A stretch of 64,000 bases of DNA from Macrostomum lignano (taxonomy: Eukaryota). The position numbers and the translations under genes are program-made. The notes beneath the pieces were generated by a model. The model searched no databases. It was not told the origin of the DNA and saw nothing but the letters and a program-made list of their open reading frames with translations. Positions within the stretch are counted from its first letter, which is position 1, and every line of letters starts with the position of its first letter. Where the stretch lies: positions 124,001-188,000 of the forward strand of contig NIVC01000854.1 in the NCBI GenBank assembly GCA_002269645.1, given 5' to 3'. This document shows, in pieces, positions 1 to 11,479 of this stretch.

Positions 1-1815
1 CGTCGAAAAAGTCAGAAGATGGCGGCATTCGTCGGCGACTGGGATTTGATAAAATGCCTTCGCAATGTCGAGCTCTGAGAATAGCTGCGCCCCCGCCATG
101 TCTCCCGTCACCTCCTCGAATGTCGGGATGGGATGCCGCTCTCTAATGACCGACTTGTTCAGGTCTCTCAAGTCCTGCGTAATCCTGATCTCGCCTGGGG
201 TCTGCTTGGGCACGACGACGATGCGAGCTACCCACTGACAGGGGCCTTCAACCGGCTCGATGATGTCTTGGTCCTCGAGGCACTGTAGCTCGGCGTCGAC
301 TGCCTGTGCGAGATGTATTGGCACCCTTGATGGGGAATGACAGACCGGCCTGGCTCCCTCTTCCAGGAAGATGCGGGCGGCATAGTTTTTGAGCCTGCCG
401 ATTCCGCTGAAGACTTGTGCGTTCTCCGTCAGGAGTTCGTCCAGGGCCGGTGCCCCCGGCGCATGTAGGACTTCCTTTGGGATCCCTGCTAGCATGCTGT
501 CTAGCGAGACCTCGGGATACGGACGCAGCTGGCATGCCACCTTGTTCTCCGGGCCGACTCGCAGAATCTGAAGTCTTTCAGCGCTTCTCCGGCCAATGAT
601 GCAAGCGCCCTCACCGTCGAGCACCAAGAACGGTAGTGTCTCGTGGATCTCGAACACGCTGACTTGCAGGTCTGCCTTGCCCAGCAGTCTCAGTGGCTCT
701 TGGCTTCCGTACGGGTAGACCTTGTCGCTGGCGGGCTGCAGCGCGGCTTTTTGCGGCATCCTGTCGTAGGCCGCCCTGTCGATGATGTTGCAGGCCGCGC
801 CGCTGTCGATGAGCACATTTGCCTTGAGCTCGTTAATGGTCGCAGGCGTCCAAGCTGAGCCGCAGTTCCGCAGGGTAAATAGCTCGTGCTCGACGGGGTC
901 GTTCTGCAGATATTCGATTCGTCCTGGCGGAGCGCCCTCCTGCGGTTCGTTAACGTTCCTCAGAGGGACTTTAGCTGCTCCTCGGCACGCCCGAGCGAAA
1001 TGACCTATCTTTCCGCAGCGTCGACACGCCTTGTTGCGGGCTGCCTCGCACGTCCGATGCCCTGGCCGCCGCAGCGATCGCAGTTAATGCCGCTGTCTCT
1101 TGCCGCGGCAGCCGGCCTGGTTGAATGCAATGGTTGGTTACGAGGTGGGCGCAGCGCCGCCACATTCGAAGCGGAAGGATGGCCCGTGTCGGCTGCGGTG
1201 CCGATCTCCATGGCCTGGGCCTGCTGTTCCGCTGCCTCCCTCGCTCTGATTCGCTTCATAACATCGTCCAAGGAGACATCGTTGAGCTGCAGGAGTTCCC
1301 TCCTGATCCTGTCGGACCGGTAATGAGCCACGATCTTGTCCCTGATGATAGAGTCTCGGAGTTCGCCGGATGTGCATTGGTCCGCAGCCTTGCGTAGCCG
1401 ATGGTATCAGGCCTCAATTGACTCTTCTTCCTCCTGCCGGCAGATTTCAGATTGGTACCTGAGGAAGACAACGCTGTTCTTTTAGTCGAAGGTTCCCTGC
1501 AACTCTTTGATGAGCTCCTCGGCGGATTCTCCTTTCTCCACGCCGTTATCGTCCATGAAGTCTTCCAGCTTCTCGCCTGCTGTGTAAACTAAGAGTTTCA
1601 GCTGCTGTGTCGCATCTGTGATGCCGGCTGCGCGTATGTAGCTGTTGAACCTTCGTGTCCATGTTTTCCATCGCTGAGCTCTTGTCAGAGGATCGCCTTC
1701 GAGGTTAAAGACGTCTGGTGCCGCGAGTTGCAGGGCCTGTGCCATATTTGCTGAATCACCGGTCGCTATCAGTGCGCGGGGGGTGGGCCTCACTGAGAGT
1801 TTGCTTGCGACGCCA
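1..1815 (-). mobile_element. Ty3/Gypsy LTR retrotransposon internal region (gag-protease-RT N-terminus), decayed, runs off the window start
   Basis: Minus strand: gag (MAQALQLAAPDVFNLEGDP..., ATG ~1744) with in-frame stops near 1482 and 1410, and a frameshifted zinc knuckle (CDRCGGQG, ~1080). Aspartic protease VLIDSGAACNII at ~785-820. RT motifs WVARIVVVPK...IRITQDLRDLNK...HPIPTFEEV...LFSELDIAKAFYQI at 1-250. Confidence 0.93.
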
Positions 1816-2034
1816 TGTAATGACTCAGACTAGCTATTTAGTTTTGGCGAGAGAAAAACGATGCACTTAACTGAGCAATTCAATATATTTATAGGCACGA
1901 GAGTATTGCGTAATAAGAATATTGCTACGAATTCATTGACCAAGCCAGCCGTACATTATTACCGCGCAGAGCGTACACTACAATTTCAGTCCCTTATCTA
2001 CTATACGCAACGTCATTGTCTGTAAGAAGACACA
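1816..2034 (-). repeat. Probable 5' LTR of the Gypsy element (outer boundary uncertain), with PBS at ~1803-1815
   Basis: Minus strand reads ...TCATTACA|TGGCGTCGCAAGC: an LTR-like CA end followed by a TGG-starting PBS just upstream of gag. TATA-like CCTATAAAT at ~1887-1895. The partner LTR is outside the window, so the left edge is a guess. Confidence 0.55.
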
Positions 2035-2563
2035 TAGAGGCCATTATTTCAGCGTGCCGGAAGCGGTCATTATTTCACATTTTTATCACGCCTCAATTGG
2101 CTGTTTTGAGAGTTATTTTACCCATAGACGACTGAGATGTGTGTCTTAGTTTGACCATAGACAACACTGTGATGAGTGCTGATTTCGTTGCGTCTTGCAA
2201 GAAGTCAGGAAAGCGGGTAGTACGAGTACGAGCGTGTAGGGCGTAGGCCGTGCGCTGCACTCTCTGCCCCACATTATTATTCATGACTCATTCTCTCGCC
2301 TAAACTTGTTTACCAATTCTCGACCAATCGCGCATCGCTGCACCCCACCCCACAATATTGACTAATATATAAATATATTGAGTAAACAGAGCCATACAGA
2401 GGCCACCTTTTCGGCACGCAAACCCAGACTTCACAGAACGTAAAAGCTATTTGTCTTGTCAAAAAACTATGGCTGGTGCATCTCGTCAAACGTGCAGCCC
2501 CGCTTATTAATTGGAAGAATCTTCTTGTCGACGACTGAACGAACCGTGCGACCTATGCTTCAG

Positions 2564-2666
2564 GTGGTGGGGGGGCACCCCACTACCGGGCGCGCCTGGC
2601 GCGCCTCCCAACGCTGCCACCTTCTCGCGGTGGGACCGACTGGGCGCCCGCCCAGCAAAGTGCAGC
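2564..2666 (+). ncRNA. HDV-like self-cleaving ribozyme core at the LINE 5' end (5' strand of P1 missing)
   Basis: By-eye fold: P2 GCTGC 2613-17/GCAGC 2662-66; P3 ACC 2619-21/GGT 2629-31; L3 TTCTCGC; P1 3' strand GGGACC 2632-37; P1.1 GA 2638-39 pairing with L3 TC; P4 CTGGGC/GCCCAG; J4/2 CAAA with putative catalytic C2656. Two hairpins occupy J1/2. Confidence 0.65.
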
Positions 2667-5600
2667 AACACCCCGGACCCTGGGAAGAGTGCAGAGCGCG
2701 CTTTCGGCGGGTCAATACCACGTCGGCATTCTTTTACCAAGCTGGCCCTGGCTCCCCAACCCACCTCGGCCAGCTTCTCATCCGGGTTGGAGACATCGAA
2801 CAAAACCCGGGACGAGCCTTCCCGTGCGGAGCCTGCAATCAGAATGTCACCCGCAAAGACTACTCCACCCGCTGCTCCTCTTGCCTTCGCTGGTGGCACC
2901 GCCGTTGCAGCAACCTTAGCATAGCCGAAATCAACAACATCGGTCGTGACCGGAGACCCTGGCGGTGCGCAAACTGCCGTCAGCCGACGGCACAGATGGA
3001 CAGCCCAACGCCGCCGCCTGACCCGCCTAGCCCGCCAAACCCGCCTCCCCCGGTCCACCGTCGGACTGAAAACATGGCCACGTATCCGACCGACGGGACT
3101 CTGCACGCTAAAAACGCTAAAAACAAAGACAATGCAAATTTCCGCATCATACAACTCAATGCAGCCGGCCTCAGAGCTCGACGCCTCGAACTCCTCCGAT
3201 TCCTCGAAGAACACCAAGCGGACATTGCCTGCATCCAGGAATCGAATCTGTCGCCCACGTCTCAGGTCCCGCGCCTCCCCGGTTGGCAACTGGCAGGCCG
3301 TAGGGACCGCGCTATAAACCGCGACGGTGACGCCACTGCCACTCTCCACGGAGGGGTCTGTTTTCTTGTCAAGGAAGGCGTGGATTTCGCTGAGTACCGT
3401 CTGCCGCAGATAGACGTGACCCGCACTGCATCTGAAGGCTCGGCCATCTCGCTCCACGATAAACGGTTACCACGCCCAATTCACATCATCAACCTCTACC
3501 TCCCACCGGTTCGAACCGCCGATGGGCGCCCTGACGGCTTCGACCCGGACTGGCTCCCGACCGGCCCGGACGTGCTCACCCTCGGAGACATCAACGCGCA
3601 CCACGGTGTGTATGTGGGAGGATAACTGCAACTCTGAAGACCAGCGAGGCTCCGTTTTCGAAGACTGGGCTACCACGAACGACTACGTGGCCCTCAACGA
3701 CGGCGGCCCAACCAGAGTCAACGCCAGAGGCATCACCAGCAGCCCCGACGTCTCCTTCGTCCCTGCCAGCTGGCAGGACAAGCTGGAATGGAACACCGGC
3801 AAACATATCGGATCTGATCACCTGCCCATTATCATTGACGTTATTAACCCAAACCCGCTCCCTGTGAAAAACGACAGGAAAAAGAGGCACACTCCCTTGG
3901 CTTATCACAAAGCAGACTGGGACAAATACCGCCTTATCATCAGCGAGCGCATTAAAAACTGGACCGCCAGACCACCAAAGACTGCCACCGGAGCCGCAAA
4001 CAGGCTCACCGACGCGATCATGGACGCGGCCCGCAAAGCGATCCCGCAGGGATCCCGCCGCGCCCCTATCGCCTGGTGGTGCCCAGAAGCAGAAGCAGCG
4101 TGCGCGGCGAGGCGCCAGGCGCTAGAAGACCTCCGAGCCAACCCCAACGACGACCAACTCGCCCAGGCGTTCCAGGAGGTGGCAGCATACGCCACCGCCA
4201 CCATCCGCAACGCAAAGGAAGCCCTGTGGCGCGACTTCATCAGCGACAACTCCAGCGAGCTCAAGTCATCTTCGACGGCTTCCAAGCGCAGAAACCAGCG
4301 AAGCGGACCGCCCTACTCTTAGCTGATTTCTCCAGAGCATACGAGCGAGTGTGGCGTAAAGCCCAAATCGCCAAGCTCCACAGGAAAGGGACGCCCACGT
4401 GCATGGATTAAAAACTTCATCAGCGATCGCCGTGCCCTCGTCACCTGGGACGGGGCCCGCAGTCGCGTCCGGATCTTCACCGAGGGCCTACCGCAAGGAT
4501 CCGTTCTCGCCCCGACGTTTTGGGACGTGTACATCGACGACCTGCTCGACGACGCCCCCGAAAACGTCCTGGCGGTTGGATACACCGACGACACCACCTT
4601 CGGCGCCCAAGGCCACAACCTCAGGGAGTGCGAGTCGAAACTGCAGAGAGCGGCCGATTGGCTTGTTGCCTGGTCCCAAACCTGGAAGGTGGACCTCAAC
4701 AAGTCCAAATCGGTCGTTTCCTTCTTCTCCCTCGACCCCCGCGAGGTCAACGGCAAAGCGAGACCGAAAATTATGCTCGGCGACGTCCAGGCCCCGTACG
4801 AATTCCACCCCAGACTCCTGGGCGTGCACCTCGACTCCCAGCTCACGTTCCGGCACCATGCGTCGGTCCAAAAACAAAACCTCCAAAAGAGGACCAACGC
4901 TCTCCGCTGCCTCGCCGGGCGTGACTGGGGCCAGGACCCAGGGCTCCTGTCGCAACTCTACAGAACCTACGCCGAGTCGGCTGCTCTCCACGGCGCTGCA
5001 GCCTGGTTAAACTTCGCGTCGGACGCCTGCAGACAACTGGTGGAATCTGCTCACAACGAGGCTGCCCGTGTCATCTCAGGGTGCTGCAAATCTACGCCGA
5101 CTGCCGCGCTCCTTATCGAAGCCGTACTCCAACCCCTGGCACACAGTGCGGCGGCCGCGGCAGCGACGCTCCTGGACAAAACGCTTCGCCAACGTCAAGC
5201 CACCCCGCTACGCAACATCGCCGACAGAGAAGTCACTCCTTGCATCCGCGCTCACGGCGGAAACGGCAACTTCCGCAGATGCTGGCGCAGGTGTGCTAGA
5301 GAGCTGACCCACAGAGTCGGACTGGCCGAGCGCCAAATCGAAACCGACAACGAGCTGGTGCCACCGTGGTGTTCCTCGACAAGTTTTCACATCCAAGACT
5401 CCCTCATTACTAAGTGTTCCCGAGACGACCCATCGCATGTCCGCAGGGCCGCGGCGCTGGAGACCCTAGCGTCGCTCCCCCCGCAGACCTGGAACTCTGG
5501 ACGGACGGCTCAGCATCAGGAGGCACTACCAACGGCGGAGCAGGAGCCGTACTCTACACCTGCGGTTCGCCGACGCGCATTTTCAGAGCACCGGCGGGGA

Positions 5601-6372
5601 GCCTGACCTCGTCCTTCCGAGCGGAAGAATGCGCGCTTAGGCTCGGCCTTCAGGCAGCGTTTGACGATCTGCCGTGGCCGGGAAACCGCGAGCTGCGCTG
5701 CGCGACTGACTCCCAGGCCCTGCTCCGCTGCCTCAAAGGCGGCCCCAGCCCGCGGCTTTCCCCGTGCTGCCGCGACATCCTGCGTATTTTGGGACGCCTA
5801 CCGCCAGGCCACCACGTGACCCTGCAATGGGTCCCGGGCCACTGCGACCTTCGTCGCAACGATCTCGCCGACGCCACTGCCCGCGCTGCTGCCACTCTTG
5901 ATCAGACCAACGCACCTCTGGATCACCGCAGCGCGCGCTCTGCCATCCTGGAAACGGCCCACAACGACTTCATCCAATTGTACAAGGCAAACGAGCACTG
6001 CAGCACCCACCGCACCTGCACCAACGGACGACGACCCAAACAGAAAACTTCCATGAACCGTAAGGACAGAGTCCTGCTAGCCCAGCTACGCACTGGCCAC
6101 TGCCCGATACTCCGACAGTACCGACACCGCATCGGGCTGGAACTGGAGGCCACCTGCCCAGCCTGCGGGGAGGCCCCGGAGGACCTCAAACATCTGCTTC
6201 TGGAATGCCGCACCACAACCGAGACCAGACGACAAATCTTGGGCGAGAACCCGACGCTGGCCATCCTCCACGACGACGGCCCGCGCGCACTGCACTTTCT
6301 CCAGGCGGTAGGGGCGCAAACCCACCCCCCGGATATTAACCCGGCCGGGAACTAACAACAACAACAACAACA

Positions 6373-6484
6373 CCCCCTGGGATTTACTCCCAGCCTGCTG
6401 GGTAATCAGCAGGCCCTATCCGGCGCCGCGTCTTTGTCGCGGGGGGGAGGCAACGCCCGTTCTTCGGGCGGCGAAGAGCGCCGG
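6373..6484 (+). ncRNA. Second HDV-like ribozyme, complete, immediately after the LINE (CAA)n tail
   Basis: P1 CCCCC(T) 6373-78/G-run 6441-47; P2 CCGGCGC 6420-26/GCGCCGG 6478-84; P3 GCG 6428-30/CGC 6438-40; L3 TCTTTGT; P1.1 AG 6448-49 pairing with L3 CT; P4 CGCCCG/CGGGCG; J4/2 GCGAA with putative catalytic C6472. Two hairpins in J1/2. Confidence 0.75.
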
Positions 6485-6640
6485 GAATCGGTCACCGCTC
6501 CTGGCTCAGGGGCGGTGGATGTGGCTCGGTCCGGCCCTCTGTGCTCAGCCTTTGTCGCTGGCTCTGTCAGCGGTAGGGGTTTGGTACCTGGTCCGGTTAT
6601 TCCGAGCTCGGTCCGCAGTCAACAACAACAACAACAACAA
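6373..6640 (+). mobile_element. Putative non-autonomous ribozyme-headed short retroelement (SINE/SIDE-like) with a (CAA)7 tail
   Basis: Starts at a predicted ribozyme cleavage point, has a GC-rich hairpin body at 6485-6619, and ends in its own (CAA)7 at 6620-6640 directly before the TSD. Confidence 0.6.
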
Positions 6641-7239
6641 CCTATGCTTCAGTGGAGGTGACACAGGAGATGCGGGTGAAGCATGGTAAGCATAATATGC
6701 CAACATTGTAAGTAAATTAGTGGCTATACTAATAACTATACTCGTATATACACTGTGAATTTTTTACAATGTCCATTAATCTGCAGGTCGGATGGATTCG
6801 GAACGCGCAGTTCGCTTCTTCGAGAATTGCCACTTCAAGGATTGCACCTTTCAGTTTTAATGAGCAACTTCGGATGAACAGTTTACGAGTATGACTACTG
6901 TCACTGTGTTGTTTTTGTGCTTAATGTAGCGCGTTTTCCATTGACAAGCGTTTCGCTGCCCATTAACTGCACTTTGAGATGCGTGTTATTGTCAACATAT
7001 TTGCGTGTTATTGTCCATCGGTATATTTTAAGATAACAGAAAATTAACAAGCATACGAAGGATAACAGGTTTAAAAAAGCAATTTAACGAAATATTTAAC
7101 AAAATATTCAAGATAGCGTCGAATTCCGGCTCAAATACAACCGAGAGTTGCAGGAGCGTAATATTTTCCCTCATTGGTCTTTAATTGGAAATCATATATT
7201 CAAAGGTATTCATTCAGCGTTCTGTCATCCAGCGAGGCA

Positions 7240-9660
7240 TAGTCCGTGCGTAGGCTTCGATTCATACAAAAGTTGAAAAAACGCCTACCGTTCTCCTCCA
7301 TTTGCCGCCTGGTGCTAGCGGGCAGACCTTCAATCTCGATGCCATCTAACTGGAGCAACTCATCACTCAGATCACCGCTATCAGCTAGTTAAAGTTCTTC
7401 GAACTCCTGTAAATCGTCAAGTTGTTCGGTATCCTTCGCCAGGAAGTTCATGAAGTCGTCGATAAGCTCGCTACATTCATCGCCGTTCGAAGACAGTCTC
7501 GTAATGATGTCCAAGTCATTATCAGTGACGCCACTGATCTCATCCGTTGGCAGAGCTTTGTAGTTAAGTAAAGGCGGTGGTAGAAGTCTAGTTGATTTCG
7601 ACATGTCTCGCTTTAAATTAAAAATTTTCTGTATTTAGCATTTGTCTGAGCTTGATATCTCGCCTCAGCTTCGACTCTAATACAAAAACTCTGGCTTTCC
7701 CACAGATACTACGAGAGTATCCGATAGACTATCGCGATCAAAAGAGTATTGAGGTCGCCAATGAATCGGCCGCTGGAAGCCTTTGCCATAGAGATGCGCT
7801 GAGTTCAGCATGTCGAAAATGTCATTCAGACGCTTCGCAAATTCAGCTGTCTGCAACGCATCCTCAGATAATTCATTATGATAGACCAAAATCCTGATAC
7901 CACTTGCAACAGAATGGCTTAACACTTGTGCTGCGAGCGATACTTTCATCTTCTGACCCAGAGCTAAGCTGAAATGAGCGTCGGTGAGCTTGCTTGCTAA
8001 TCGGAGAGATGGGCCGCTGTCGTTCTGATAAAACCGGATGAGATGCTGCCACTTAGCTAGCTTGCACTCGTTGAATTTGATGTCGTTCTGCATCGGGGCG
8101 TTTCTAGCATTTTTAGGCAATGTGGGATGTCCACGATGACGTAGACTGGCTCACCGGTTACAGGGTGACGTAAAAAAGGATTAGCAGAGTCAGCCCGTCT
8201 GGAAAGGTGAGCCCACTGGGTTGACTCTTGATCCGCAACCAGTGCAACGACCTTAATCCCGGCCTTGTGGCTAGCTGTCAGGCACTCATCAATAGCTATC
8301 CCGAATCCTTCTTGGCCAAGAGTTCGAAAAACAGGATAATATGCGTGAAGTGCATGGGAAATGCACTTAATAATTGTAGCCCATACCCGTACTTTGCTAG
8401 TTTCGTCCCCTTTTTATTACGTGCTAACTGTAGTAGTCCCCATTCACTTATGTCTATGACCACGACCTTAAAACCCTTGTATTGCCCCCCCCCCCCGAGC
8501 GCGTCTTCTCTCTAAGTTTTTCTTCGGCCCAAAGCTTTCGTAATCGCATGACAAATAAAAAGCAATATCAGCCATAAGAGATAATCTGCAACAAGACAAA
8601 TACATCAGTTACCAGACACAACAATGCGATTGGTTGTTTCCAGTCCTGAAAGACTCCTCGAAGCACAGCGACGATGGCCTCGTTTACAGGTCTGGGCAAC
8701 TGCTCCTTGCTGTCATCAAGGATGTCAAGGATCGCAGCCCACCACCATGTCACGATGTTGCTTGTAGCGCAGGATGGGTGTGAGACTCATTCCATCGAAG
8801 CAAAGGGTAGCAATCCGCTGCTGATTTGTCGATGATGCAAACTTGGACTGCAAGGATCGCATCGTCAAGTTGCAAATCCCAGGCAATACGAAATACTGTC
8901 GAATTCGCCGCCTAATTGTCGAACTTGATGGTAGCGGAATCTTCCACTTATTGCGGACCAGTCGGTAAGCTGACGAGCCTTTGTGATGCAGCTGAATTGA
9001 GCACGCAATGTCTGCTTTGGTCCAGCGCATGCCGCGACTGCGAACATCACGCCTGACCTTCTGCTGCATCAGACGAGTAGCTATTGAGCTGCTGCTACCC
9101 GACTGGACTGCTTTTGCTTTTTCTATTCGCGCTTGCATCTGTCGGATGGTGGTTTTTTGGCGGCGAACTTTGCTGCGCAGCTGAGCGATGATGTTATTGC
9201 TTCGTTGTTCAGCATGACCTTGGTTGGTTGAGCTTGCCTGCTGCTCTTCGGCCTGTGGCGGCTCACCATCAGTGCTGTTGAATGGCTGCAGTTCAGGTGG
9301 ATAGAGATTGTCAGCCTCTTCGTCACTGCGAACAACCAAATGTGTCAGGTGATGTGCAATGAGGCGGGGCAGAGTCAGCTCCCTGTCTGGAACGGCATTC
9401 CATCGCAAACGTGTGGTATCTCCATGTTGCAGAGAAGGACAGCTGGAATAATTGTCAGTAAAATGCACACTGCACACTCGCAATGCCATCTTGCGAATGG
9501 CTCCGATGTCCAAGTCGATTTCCAGCATTTGCCGCCATTGGTTCGCAACTCCGTCGTCCGCTGGAAACCTGTGCATTCGCACAGCCACTCCCTCGTCCGT
9601 TAGAGATTGCGCTGTATGGGTGCAGGTGGCTGCACAGCAGCGCTTTGAGCTGAATTCCAT
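7240..9660 (-). pseudogene. THAP-domain P-element-family transposase (THAP9-like), frameshifted and partly deleted
   Basis: THAP C2CH from ATG 9660 (RCCAATC...HRFP...W...VCSVHF...AVP). Transposase motifs LPSSSTIRR, LCFDGMSL, RGVFQDWKQPIA, VVALVADQ, HPVTGEPVYVIVDIPHCLKNARN, KMKVSLAAQVLSHSVASG, TAEF..LNDIFDMLNS. The segment carrying the third catalytic residue (NQD.LE) is not seen. No convincing TIR/TSD. Confidence 0.88.
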
Positions 9661-10225
9661 GTCAGTATGGTGATTGCAAGAAGCGTTGCTGGTGTTTTTG
9701 TCGTTCTTGCCCTGCTTGCTGGTAAAGTGCGAAGTAAAATCTTTTCCTTCTCCGTCCTGGCCAATTATTCCTTTAAACTGCGTATCTCGTCCCACTTGAC
9801 TGCTAGCTAAAAACGAAGTCAATCGATTTCTTCGACTGTCTATGGCCAAGACCAACGCCTTTTTGCGGTGGGTGCAGATTTTACTAGTGGTATTTACGCC
9901 TGAGAATTTCGATCCACTGCCAAGCTTGGCCATAGATAAAAGAATTGAAAGCGCCAAGGTTGTGCGTGTGTGACGCGGGCAGCTAGACCATCATTCTCTC
10001 CAAATATTTTGTCAAGACAAAAAATAGAGCAAATATGCACTTATACCACTGGACAGAGAGTAGCAAATCAAACTGACGCATAAAGATAATGCTGAGTGAA
10101 CCATCTACATGTATGGTATTCAGTATCTGTGGGCTTTCCTATTAAAATTAAAATTGTCAATGGCCATAAACTCCCCACCCCTGCAAGAAGTTCTTCCAAG
10201 GCTGCGTGCTATTGTCTCTCCAGAC

Positions 10226-10527
10226 CATAGACTACTAGTCTATAGGGAAACACTAGTCAATGCACTCATCAGTAGCCGGGATGCTTGATATTGTATTATC
10301 GCACGAGCGCCTTTGAAGTTGAAGCGAACAGTCTGTAGTTTTTATGATCTAATTGGACTTCCTGAGTCCCGGTTAGTGCTCGCCCGATAATACAATATCA
10401 AGCATCCCGACTGCAGAAGAATATACCATTGTTTGGTGGCTAAAATGTCTTGATTATCCTTTTTTCTTGTCAATGTATTCCAGAATGCCATCAGTTAATA
10501 AATGCATAGTTAACTAACAGTCTATGG
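10226..10527. mobile_element. MITE-like element with CATAGACT/AGTCTATG ends and an internal inverted repeat
   Basis: Terminal CATAGACT and AGTCTATG. Internal arms GGGATGCTTGATATTGTATTATCG (~10282-10305) and CGATAATACAATATCAAGCATCCC (~10385-10408). No TSD found. Confidence 0.5.
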
Positions 10528-10811
10528 TTCAACCGCCTGCTAAAGCTGAATTAATGGCCAGTTGAGTCTGTCATTACACCAGGCTGTGTCTTATGATGGA
10601 CAATGCCAAAAATATAATAATTTGACTAGATGGTCTTAATTTATCGTGCGCCACGGTACATCATACTCTCTGCCCAAGTGACTTTTCAGTTCACCCACCC
10701 CATCTCTCGTCCGCCCAAGTGACTTATCAGTTCACCCATCCCATCTCTCGTCCAATCAAATCAAATTTAAGTGTACGACGTAAAACAATGGTAGATTGTA
10801 TAGTCACGGAC

Positions 10812-11235
10812 TATAGTATTTGTCATGCTATCTCAGCCTAGAGACATCCAAACTCAGCCAGTCCCATTCCGCAATGCGTTTTTTTTGGCTCGAGCTAGTC
10901 GACTTTTACCATAGACATGCTTCTTGGGGCCATGCTATCTCAGCCTGGGACATGCAATCTCAGCCAATATAGATTTCAATTGCAAACAGATCTCAATGCT
11001 ATCATTTCTATAACGTGACATGAAATGGCAACAAACAGCAATGAATGAACGCAGCAAGAAAAGTCAGTAAGGGTACGCAACAACGCTGAGATTGCATGTC
11101 CCAGGCTGAGATAGCATGGCCTTAAGAAGCATGTCTATGGTAAAACTTGACTGGCTTACGTAAAAAATCGCACTGTCGAGATGGGCTGGCTGAGTTTGGA
11201 TGTCTCTAGGCTGAGATAGCATGACAAATACTATA
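10812..11235. mobile_element. Foldback/MITE with ~150-bp inverted arms and a ~120-bp spacer
   Basis: Arm 10812-10964 (TATAGTATTTGTCATGCTATCTCAGCCTAGAGACATCCAAACTCAGCC...CATGCAATCTCAGC) is the reverse complement of 11085-11235, with a few diverged stretches. Confidence 0.85.
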
Positions 11236-11479
11236 CTTAAGTAGAAGGACGCGACACGCGCAAAACGTGCAAATTTTATTGGAGGCTGAATATTCAATTT
11301 TATGTAGCCCGACTCCAGAAACTCGCCGAAGTGTAGTTTTTTCACAGGATGCACATAACTTAGTCCTTGTTGATGTGAGATATGTAATGTATGATTAAAA
11401 CGATGCAGAAACCTTAGAAATTAGTTTCAAGCGACGAGAACTAGCTTTTGTCTGATGAGTTTCGAAGTGCGACAACTAT

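Larger units (their letters stand above)
2564..6640 (+). mobile_element. TSD-bounded non-LTR insertion: Ingi/I-group LINE (PHD-APE-RT-RNase H-CCHC), defective, plus a 3' ribozyme-headed unit
   Basis: 12-bp TSD CCTATGCTTCAG at 2552-2563 and 6641-6652. PHD finger CGAC...CSSC...HRRC...CANC. APE motifs IIQLNAAG, IACIQES, LGDINAHH, SSPDVSF, SDHLPI. RT motifs LADFSRAYERVW, GLPQGSVLAP, YTDD, LLGVHLD. RNase H WTDGS/AEECAL/TDSQ/WVPGH/NDLAD. C-terminal CPAC..HLLLEC. Stop at 6353-6355, then (CAA)n. Frameshifts are present and RT subdomains 0-2 are missing near 4260. Confidence 0.95.

Noticed and set aside
6500-6620. tRNA-derived SINE (A-box-like TGGCTCAGGGG)
   Set aside because: No matching B box or cloverleaf; the ribozyme-headed model explains the 5' end better.
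2032-9844. CATAGAG/CATAGAC ... GTCTATG as termini of the P element
   Set aside because: Only 7-8-bp matches and no 8-bp TSD for any pairing tried.
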